NCBI GenBank assembly: GCA_951406725.2 | Contig: OX597829.1 | Coordinates: forward strand, 39,866,001 to 39,930,000 | Length of the DNA stretch: 64,000 bases | Reading direction: 5' to 3' | Source of the DNA: Octopus vulgaris | Taxonomy: Eukaryota | Part shown: positions 53,751 to 64,000 of the stretch, one piece after another | Layout: every line of letters starts with the position of its first letter | How positions within the stretch are numbered: position 1 is the first letter of the stretch | The notes under the pieces: generated by a model | What the model was told of the DNA's origin: nothing | Database searches by the model: none | What the model saw: only the letters and a program-made list of their open reading frames with translations | Position numbers and translations under genes: made by a program

Positions 53751-54510
53751 ATTTTCCTAGTTATTTATTCATTTATTGTAAATTTTTAAGAACGAGCCAA
53801 AATAATTCAAAGTTTACTAACAGAACAAAACGAAATATGGATGTTGAAAATAAAATTTAAAAAAAAGCAAAAAAAAAACGATTAAAAAAAATATAGTAAT
53901 AACAAAATGTAATAAAATTTGATTCTTGGGTAAATGCGAATGGCGTCTTGTTGTTGTTCTTCCTCCACCTTCATCATCACCACCACCACCACCACCACCA
54001 CTACGACCATGATCCTGACCATCGCCATCATCAACATCACACCACCATCATCATTATAATCATCATCATCATCACATAGTCAACAGACAGCTGACACGCT
54101 ATTAATTCAGGAAATACATTAACTACCTATTATGGACGACGGGAAAATTTTTATTATTTATTTATTTTATTTATTCATTTTTTTTTTTTCAAATACTGAT
54201 TCTTGGATTTTGGCAAATGCCAGATTCTCAATTTTCTTCTCTTTTTATAGTTTTGGATAGAGTGACGTACAAGAAAGTGCAGCGACACAATATTATATCC
54301 CCCGCTAATGTAATCCAAAGGAAACGCTTTTAGATCATATTGATGCATCTTAAAGGGAGGCCACCATTACAATATTGTGGCCAAAATGGAAGCCTATATG
54401 GCTTACATGGTCGTTCTACCTGTTAGAAATGTCAGTCAAATAGCCCCATAAATTTTTTCCTAATTTTTGGTAGCAGACTAGCAATTTTGAGGGGATGGGG
54501 AATCGATATA

Positions 54511-54548
<38 letters not shown>

Positions 54549-54550
<2 letters not shown>

Positions 54551-54818
54551 GGAGTAAACACATAAATGTGAAACAAGGTGGAAAAAAGAGTACTCAAATA
54601 CCAGTGGTAGAGTAATATGCTTTATTTTAAGCAGCAGAAAATTCAACAAAATCTGTTACTCTGAGTTTCTCGTTGCCGTTCATCAGACAGTTTTTGCTAG
54701 AATGGAACTGATATATCAATTGATATATCAGTTCCATTCTAGCAAAAACTGTCTGATGAACGGCAACGAGAAACTCAGAGTAACAGATTTTGTTGAATTT
54801 TCTGCTGCTTAAAATAAA

Positions 54819-54819
<1 letters not shown>
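54549..54819. mobile_element. Penelope/retrozyme-like element folded into a perfect ~200-bp palindrome
   Basis: 54620-54719 is the reverse complement of 54720-54819; family match to 5754-5905. Confidence 0.87.
54745..54791 (+). ncRNA. Minimal type I hammerhead ribozyme (mirror copy on minus strand at 54648-54694)
   Basis: aaaactgt-CTGATGA-acg gcaa cga-GAAA-ctcagag-TA-acagatttt; GUA cleavage predicted after 54782. Confidence 0.75.
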
Positions 54820-54885
<66 letters not shown>

Positions 54886-54889
<4 letters not shown>

Positions 54890-55466
54890 TTAGGGAATAA
54901 ATCCAAACTTACAGGGAAAAATCAGATTTAGGATTGAATTCAATTTTATAGTAAAATATTCTATTATATTAAATTAGAGACAAAACCGCTATTAGGCAAA
55001 TCAAACAATGAAAGACTTAAGCCAATACATAAATTAATTTATATTATTTAAATATGTAACAATTATTATTAATAAGTTTCAAAATAAATTCCTTTCTAGA
55101 GGGTATTGGAATATCCTTCAATGATGAATTCCAAAATAGCGGTTCTATCTTACCTGTAAATTCCATAATTTACGAAGTTGAGGTATTACACTCAATATAC
55201 GTAATTTATCAATATATTAATTAATAATAATAAATATTAGGGAATAAATCCAAACTTACAGGGAAAAATCAGATTTAGGATTGAATCCAATTTTATAGTA
55301 AAATATTATATTATATTGAATTAGAGACAAAACCACTATTAGGCAAATCATACAATGAAAGACTTAAGCCAATACATAAATTTAATATAAATTAATTTAT
55401 GTATTGGCTTAAGTCTTTCGTTGTTTGATTTGCCTAATAGTGGTTTTGTCTCTAATTTAATATAAT
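54886..55466. mobile_element. AT-rich element with ~150-bp direct repeats plus an inverted terminal copy (Penelope-like architecture)
   Basis: aaatattagggaataaatccaaac...gccaatacataaatt at ~54886 and ~55232; inverted copy at ~55392-55465. Confidence 0.7.
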
Positions 55467-55485
55467 ATATATATATATATATATA

Positions 55486-55883
55486 CTAGCAGTATCGCCC
55501 GGCGTTGCTCGGGTTTGTAAGGGAAATAACTATATAAGCATTTTTAGAGAGTTATAGCCAAAAAATAGCAAAAAAATGCATTAAAAATGGAAAAAAATGA
55601 TGGTAATTTTTTTTAAAAATCGTTGACTCATCGTAGACATTTTTAGAGAGTTACTTCCCTTATATAAACCGAGCGAAAATGCATTAAAAATACGGAAAAA
55701 TTATGGTAATTTTTTTTTAAATCGTAGACTCATCGTAGACGCGCGCTAATACCCAGAAGGGCTTGATATGAATCACGACTATAAGATACCCGCTTTTGGT
55801 TACGCTGCACCGCAAAATGTGGGAGTAGTTAGGAATCTAAATCGTAGGAGACAGACACACAACTTGACTTTTATATATAAAGA
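55486..55883 (-). mobile_element. Non-autonomous Helitron
   Basis: Minus strand reads A|TCtttatatataaaag...cccgagcaacgccgggcgatactgCTAG|T. Confidence 0.83.
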
Positions 55884-55884
55884 T

Positions 55885-56313
<429 letters not shown>

Positions 56314-56556
56314 GACTCTAGTACTTGACTGGTACTTAATTTAACGACCTCAAAAACGATGACAGGCAAAGCCAACCTCGGCAGCATTTGTACTCAGAAT
56401 GTAAAAGCAGCCAGGAGAAATGGCGGGGTAAACATTTTAACGATTCCACCAAGATCGGCGCCTTAAATCGCACTTTAAATTATCTTTCGGTTAGGCAGCA
56501 ACAGCATCATCAATGTTATAATCATCGTCGTCGTCATTAGCAGCAGCAGCAGCAGA

Positions 56557-56947
56557 GTGGAGGCGCAATGGCCCAGTGGTTAGGACAGCGGACTCGCGGT
56601 CGGAGGATCGCGGGTTCGATTCCCAGACCGGGCGTTGTGAGTGTTTATTGAGCGAAAACACCTAAAGCTCCACGAGGCTCCGGCAAGGAGTGGTGGCGAC
56701 CCCTGTTGTACTCTTTCGCTCCAACTTTCTCTCTCACTCTTTCTTCCTGCTTCTTGTCCCCCGACTTCCTACGCAACCGCTGAGCCTGGATGCGCATTCA
56801 TCCATCCATCCGTCGATGCTCTCGGTGTCGGGGGTTGACCTGCTTTTTTTTCTGCGGGTCTTACGAATAGCAAAGGACCAACGTTTCGGACTTCTCCCAC
56901 TAATGGGACGAAGATCGCTTCGCTCAAGAAACAAACAAACAAACAAA
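56557..56947 (+). mobile_element. SINE-C, tail type 2
   Basis: A box tggcccagtgg and B box ggttcgattcc; ends in (AAAC)n; ~60-bp flanking duplication. Confidence 0.88.
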
Positions 56948-57878
56948 GCAGCAACAGCATCATCATTGTTAAAATCACCGTCGTCGTCATTAGCAGCAGC
57001 AGCAGCAGCAGTAGCAGCATTTTCATCGTGTATCCTTCGGACAAACCAGTCGTAGTTGCCTGTAACAAAAAATATATATAGACGATGAGACGAGCAAGAC
57101 TGGACGGCCTTTGATTATAAGTATGTTCAACGAGGTCTGTCTTGGAACTAAATAATGTTCTGATGAATCAACGAAGGAGCGAGCGTCTCAGTGGGGGGTT
57201 CGACCTGCTAGAAATATCAACCAAATCTCCTGCAAACCTCTGCTATACCGTCTTAAAGCGAGAAAAGATACATTAGATAACGTTAGACTGACTTCATCCC
57301 CCCACCCCCCGCAAAATGCAGCAGAATTGTCGCAGTTAGTTTAGGTTTCATCACAGGTCAGGTCGACGAGGTTTTATCTGAGATTAAATAATAGCAACAA
57401 CTTGGTGTAGTAGAACACAGGATCCTCTAATCAGTTCCTTATCCAGCTGGATAAAAAACAGCTAATTTTCCCTCGGGTCACGTCCTACTGTCTCGAAAAA
57501 ATGAATAGGACCCATTAGGTAATCTAATTCTTGATATATACATACAGATGGAATGTCTAAGGTTGGAAACATTTAATCATAATGACAAAAGAGATCTTTA
57601 CTGTGCGGTTAATTCAATGAATTACTATAACATAACGTTTAGATAAAACAATAGTAATACCGAGTTAACTAATCAAAAATGGATATTATATACAATTTTT
57701 TTTTCTTCAATCAACAAAATTTTGTTACGCAGATTTTGGCCGCTCTGTTCGGTAGCCAAATTTTCAGCCTCGTTATATCAACATAACAGGCTTTTGACAA
57801 TAGCAAACACACGTACATAAAAATGGCTTCCTTGGATACGCTACTCACGCCGCACATCCAACGGTACCCTACTAAAGC

Positions 57879-58295
57879 AAGGCGGCGAGCTGGCAGAATC
57901 GTTAGCACGCCGAGCGAAATGCTTAGCGGTATTTCGTCTACCGCTACGTTCTGAGTTCAAATTCCGCCGAGGTCGACTTTGCCTTTCATCCTTTCGGGGT
58001 CGATTAAAGAAGTACCAGTTACGCACTGGGATCGATATAATCGACTTAGTCCGTTTGTCTGTCCTTGTTTGTCCTCTCTGTGTTTAGCCCCTTGTGGATA
58101 GTAAAGAAATAGGTATTTCGTCTGCCGCTACGTTCTGAGTTCAAATTCCGCCGAGGTCGACTTTGCCTTTCATCCTTTCGGGGTCGATAAATTAAGTACC
58201 AGTTACGCACTGGGATCGATATAATCGACTTAATCCGTTTGTCTGTCCTTGTTTGTCCTCTTTGTGTTTACCCCCTTGTGGGTAGTAAAGAAATA
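57879..58295 (+). mobile_element. SINE-B dimer with 16-bp TSD
   Basis: ggtaccctactaaagc at 57863-57878 and 58296-58311; unit period 184 nt (57928 to 58112). Confidence 0.93.
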
Positions 58296-58850
58296 GGTAC
58301 CCTACTAAAGCCTCTGATACTTTATCAAAGTGAACAGCAATAGTAATATGTTATAATAGATGAATCAGCAAAATATTCTGAATAAGCTTAGTTCAGTAAG
58401 ACCGACACATTTAACAGAGCCGCAGAGGCACTTCTGCAAGGTACTGCGCTACAATAACCTCTATTTTACACCGTTGAGTGACAGAGTTGGGGGGGGGATG
58501 TACTAAAAATTTGCCAGTCCAATCCTTGATGCTGTTTGACAATCTTTTCATTTGTCAGCCTCTCCTTTCCATCTTGCCTGAGCAAGATCACTTAATTTTG
58601 TTATATGGCCTTTGTTATTTCTTTCCATTACTGTAGGTAGCTAGGCTTGTAGGTAGGTAAATTATCAGGTAGGCAGGTATGTTGATAGATAGATAGATAG
58701 ATAGATACGTAGGTAGGTAGATAGATAGATGATATGGAGAAGAGGGATCAGTAATGAAATGAGAAAGATATAGATAAGACAAGTTATGATGGATATATGG
58801 GTATATATAAGAGAAATTACTAAATCGTAAATCAAGTGATATGTGTGTGT

Positions 58851-58896
<46 letters not shown>

Positions 58897-60661
58897 ATAT
58901 TTTACACAAAGAGTGGTGACTCTAACTTCGAAGTTTTCGCCTTCTATCAAACTGTCCGATGAAGACTAGCAGGCCGAAGCTTCGAACCCACTGATCAACC
59001 TTGTAAAAACATATTAAGCATATATTCTACAAAAGTGTGTATGAATGCATTATGTCTATGTATGTATGCATGTATGTATGCAGGTAGATAGGTAGGTATG
59101 AAAGCATATATGCTCAATGCACGTGTGTATGTTTGCATATATGTATGCATGTATGTATGTATGAATGTGTGTGTGTGTCTATGTCTGCATGCCTGCATAC
59201 GTGTATGTTTATATGTATGTATGTATGGATGGATGCATATGTGTGTGTGTGTGTTTGTGAAGGTTCTAACGTAACTTTTACATCTAGAGCAAGTTTTCAC
59301 TTTGGGAGTTTGTTAATTTGGCTCATGATAAATGGCGCAGGTGAATTCTGGTTTCGGTTTTGACACTTCTGTATGTTTTAAGCTAAGATTTAACACTTGC
59401 TTGTTGTTAGATATACATTCTAATGATACTTTTTTTTTTTTTTTTTTTTCCACTTCTTGCCGTCATTCATTTTGGCTCGCTCCACCAAAGTAGTTTCGAT
59501 GTCTGCTTTGTTTTACTGTTCATTCGTAGTGACGATGATGATGATGATGATGATGATGATCCCAATGTTGATGCAGCTGCTGCTGTTGCTATTACTGCTG
59601 GTGTGAATTTTAATAATAATTCCAGAATTTAACTGGTACTGTATTTTATCAATCCCAGAGGAGTGAAGTTGACGCATGGGAAAGCTAGACACTCACAGCT
59701 GACACACAGACTGAAGAAACCAGACGTTTGAACGCAAGAGCATAAGAAGGCTGCTATCCATTTGGAAGACAGGGCACAAAATGTTTAGAAATTTTGGCGA
59801 CCACCAAGTTACCGAAAATGTTAGCAGACAAGAGCCACTCCTTGCTATAAGGAAATGCTAAAGAGCTTCCTCTGGTACGGATATTTATCAAGCCACAACT
59901 CCCTGTCTAAAACCATTTTTTCAGGTCACAGCTGAAAGAGTGGAAGAAAAGGCAGAGAAAGAAAGTCTCGATTAGGCATGTAGTATTAAAAAGGTGTAAT
60001 GTTGAGTCCTTCTAGGCATGGCAAAAAATAGGAACTTATGTCGATTTCTGAATGCTGAAGTGTATGGAGTGGCGCTTGAAGGATTATTCGAGACATTCAC
60101 GGCAAGTTCATTGTAATTTATATATATATAATACAAATAAGAAAATGGAGAAACAAATTTAGTTTGTTCATCAACTTTCAGATATTATAATGTTGGATTA
60201 TTTATTCATTTAACAAAATGAGAACATCAATAGCATACATATATATCTTATAATTCAATACATATAAGATAAGAATATAAATTATAAAAGTCATAATATA
60301 AATTACTGAAATCATTAAAATTACTTCTTACAGCTGTTTCAGCCTATGGTTAAAAGTAGATAATTTTATTTTTATTGCCTATAGGTGTCAACATACTGAG
60401 ATTGTAGGCATTTAAAAAGAGGGTACTTATATATATAACCATAGGCCTCATATTAAATACTACGTGCATCATGTTTAATAATTTAATATTAATATTTTTA
60501 AAGTTCCTTATAACCGCTGACAAGGGATTGATGTAATCGACTTACCCACTTCCTCGGAATTGCTGGTCTTGTACCAAAATTTGAAACCAATAATCTGACC
60601 ATGCAACAGGCTATACTAGACCACTTGTTATCAGCAGTTCCTGTGAGTGGTCCGACATAAT

Positions 60662-60819
60662 ATACATACATACATACATACATACATACATACATACATA
60701 CATACATACATACATACATACATACATACATACATACATACATACATACATACATACATACATACATACATACATACATACGTACATACATACATACATA
60801 CATACATACATACATACAT
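60662..60819. repeat. (CATA)n microsatellite
   Basis: Direct observation. Confidence 0.97.
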
Positions 60820-61003
60820 GCTAAGGAATCTACAGCCACGCTATCTAGATTACAAGTTCAGGTTTATAGCTTTAATTATTGGGGTAAATCATGAAAGTTT
60901 AGTCTTCTCAAAACCAGAAAGGAGAAAGCTTATTGGAAGACTACAGATTCAAGCCATCACTGGAACTGCAAATATCTGTAAAACTTTTCAGAAGTTTATC
61001 ATT

Positions 61004-61055
<52 letters not shown>

Positions 61056-61761
61056 CATGTCTAAATATGTAACTATAAGCATGAGAATACATTCATAAAA
61101 CAAAACACACAAATCTGCACGTATACATACATACATACATACATACATACATACATACATACATACATACATACATACATACATACATACATTCGGAGCG
61201 AAGATATATCGAATTCCTTATACGAAGCATGGCATGCTTGCAAATCATACGAGCATGACACTGAAAAATAGATATAACCTACAACAATAGCAACGTGGAA
61301 GACACATATTATCCTTTTAAAAGCACAGAAACACTGTTAACTGAGAACCCTTGTAGTGGAATTTTGTCAGTGACCAGGTCGCAGTTGGTGTGACGAAATT
61401 TTTTTACACCCAATAATAAATGTTTAAGAGAAATTAAATCTGCGTGATTATTTGAAAGGCTAATACTTATCATCTGCACCCGTGGCTCAAAGACATTTTT
61501 TCTGTAGAGCCCCATTTTTAAATAATTGTTATGCCTAGTGCCTACCTAAGTGGAGAATGAGGTATCACGACTAAACTAACTTAACATGGGTGATAATTTA
61601 TTAATCTTACTCTAAAAATGGATTGTATAACCAAAAACTAATGAAGGCAAAAGTTGTAAATGTTACTTTACACATTGCTAGCAAATGACTTTGTGCCAGA
61701 TGAGAGCCAATTTTATTTTGATAACCATTATTAGTTTTATCCTGTATTTACTACTATAGGT

Positions 61762-62081
61762 TTCTTGTTGTTTGTTCCTTCTCGAGACGCGCCTGGCTCA
61801 TAAGGGCCGGTTTCCCGGTTTTCTTGGCGTATAGGATTCCCCACCTGGACGGGACGCCGGTCCGTCGCAGGTGAGCTGCAAGATACAGGAGGAAAGAGTG
61901 AAAGAACGAGATCAAAGTTGTGGCGAAAGAGTCAGCAGAAGTTCGCCATTACCTTCTGCCGGAACCGCGTGGAGCTTAGGTGTTTCGCTCATAAACACAC
62001 ACATCGCCCGATCTGAGATTCGAACCCGCGATCCCTCAACCGCGAGTCCGCTGCTCTAACCACTAGGCCATGTGCCTCTAC
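61762..62081 (-). mobile_element. SINE-C, tail type 3 (V-domain-like)
   Basis: Same head; minus strand carries cctgcgacggaccggcgtcccgtccaggtgggg then gaaaaccgggaaaccggccc; ttactactataggt on both flanks. Confidence 0.82.
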
Positions 62082-62589
62082 AGTACTAAAGGAAATTACT
62101 ACTATAGGTAATAATTAGTATGTTAATTATGTTACCTCATCGACCTCTAAGATCTAACTCCACCTTCGACATGCCTAGCGCCTACTTGGGAGGCGGTACC
62201 GCCCACGTTCAGAATCCCTCTTCTACACGGTAATTGTTTTAGTTTCACACACAATCTCAGATCAAATCACCCGCCAGGCAAGTACACCGCCAAAACTAAC
62301 TTACTATTACACCAAAATGATGTTTATTCCTAACTTGCCAATAATTTTATTGTCTACCGAAACATTTCCTATTTGGAAAATTACCAACATAACATCATGT
62401 GTTTTAAAGTACATTTATTTATTTTCACTTTTCGTGTGTGGGAAGCGGAGTCCATTAAGAGGTAGATATTTCTATGATTTTTTGCCTAAAGTATAAAATT
62501 AAACGATTTTTTAAAAATGTTGTTATATTGCGGTTCCATTTCTCATTCCCAGTTGACATGGAGATAAATAGATCTCGTATCCGCCGAAA

Positions 62590-62920
62590 TGGGCACCTTT
62601 AATGTTTTAGCCCGCACACGTTGTTTTAGGGTTTCGACGACAGTTTTGAACCCCTTCTTTTCTATTTGGTACTTCGCGTCAAGATATGCTCTTGCACTTC
62701 CTTTTCCATTTTTCCATTGCATTTTCGACCACTCTTCTTCTATGCGGCTCAGATCTTTACGCAAAGTTAGAATATCGCCTTCAATCCACCCGCTTCCACC
62801 ATGGCTCCTTCTGTACGTCTACTTTCCTCTCTTTCTTTCCAACCAGTTCACCTACTGAAATTGAAGCGGATTTGTTTCTGTTAGATCTTTTGTCAGAATG
62901 TGTTTCAGAATCTCATTAAC
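62590..62920 (-). mobile_element. R4/Dong-clade LINE fragment
   Basis: LRKDLSRIEEEW...KYQIEKKGFKTVVETLKQRVRAK. Confidence 0.6.
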
Positions 62921-62924
62921 TTCG

Positions 62925-62971
<47 letters not shown>

Positions 62972-63112
62972 GATGCACTCCCGTATGCTAATCAGCCCAC
63001 GTCCACCCTTGCCTCTCTTCATGTAGAGCCGGTGTATATTTGCCTTAGAGTAGAGGACACCATGCATTGTCATTGTCTTTCGTGTAGTGCGATCGAGTTG
63101 TCAACCTCCGCT

Positions 63113-64000
63113 TGATCCCGCTTTCTATAGTCCCACGTAAACTCAACGTGCACTATGAGCTGAGAAAGAACGGAGCTCATCTCAACCACCTTTTCTTCGT
63201 GGAGGATTTAAAACTGTTGGCAAAAACAGAGCCTGAAATGGAGACGTTGGTTGAGACTGTGCAGTTGCGCAGCAAGGATATAGGGATGGAAATCGATATC
63301 TCGAAGTGTACGGTGCTTACTATGAAGCGAGGTAAAAGAGTATATTGTAGGGGCATAGAATTGCTAAACAGAGAGAGAATGGAAGACCCGGATGATGATG
63401 GGTATAAATACCTTGGGATCCTGGAGGTGGACAATATCTTGACCAGAGAAATGAAAGACAAGGTCATCACTGCATATTTCAAGCGCCTCAAAATTCTCGT
63501 TCAAATCAAGGATCCTTGTGACTGCCATCAACATATGGGCTGTTGCTGTAGTCCGCTATAGTGCACCCATCCTGAGATGAGCACAAGCGGAGGTTGACCA
63601 ACTCGATCGCACTACCCGAAAGACAATGATAATGCACGGTGCCCTCTACCCTAAGGCAAATGTACACCGGCTCTACATGAAGAGAGGCAAGGGTGGACGT
63701 GGGCTGGTTAGCGTACGGGAGTGCATCAACAGCGAAGAAGAAACATGGCAGAATACTTGGTTAACAGCAAAGAAGACCTGCAACAGTATGCTGCTGGTGC
63801 AGAAGGAGTTAACAAAAATGGACTTGAGGGTGCTCATGAATTCCGAACAAGGACAGCCAACGAGAGAGAAGAAACCCTACTCCGTATGGAATTACATGGC
63901 CAGTTCCACCGTGAAGCTAACAAATTAAAAGACCAGGAAGCATCATAGAAGTGGCCCAACAAGGGTGACTTAAAAAAAGAATACTGAAAGCCTAACCCTC
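63113..64000 (+). mobile_element. R4/Dong-clade non-LTR retrotransposon RT region, frameshifted; runs off the window
   Basis: LIPLS...YEL...LNHLFFVEDLKL (decayed YMDD), DIGMEIDISKC, YKYLGILE, MHGALYPKANVHRLYMKRGKGGRGL, ELHGQFHR. Confidence 0.85.

Noticed and set aside
56562-56634. tRNA gene
   Set aside because: A and B boxes are present, but the acceptor and anticodon stems do not pair well and the sequence continues into a SINE body.
58954-58990. Hammerhead-like ccgatga...gaag motif (also ctgatga at ~10298, ~24203 and ~57160)
   Set aside because: No properly paired stems or GAAA/NUH arrangement.

Overview
AT-rich eukaryotic DNA packed with repeats. It is most likely octopus (coleoid cephalopod) intergenic or intronic sequence, an inference from the microsatellite load and the tRNA-derived SINE families. 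No intact host protein-coding gene can be supported. Almost all ORFs in the supplied track are translations of microsatellites or SINEs. The window holds four tRNA-headed SINE families (called A-D here), decayed LINE fragments (RTE, R4/Dong, Tx1/L1, CR1/L2-type), non-autonomous Helitrons, Tc1 and hAT remnants, a TIR element carrying telomere-like repeats, and several short Penelope/retrozyme-like elements with minimal type I hammerhead ribozymes. The main leads are: (1) a ~353-nt hammerhead-bearing unit in tandem plus inverted arrangement at 29.2-29.95 kb, with several other hammerhead families elsewhere; (2) SINE-B, which forms headless ~184-nt concatemers usually joined at the loop of its extended anticodon hairpin, with array-private variants and a single TSD per array; (3) a match between the SINE-B 3' tail and the 3' end of a Tx1-like LINE in the same window; (4) one SINE head paired with three unrelated tails. 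Coordinates were read by eye and may be off by a few bases. No database searches were run.
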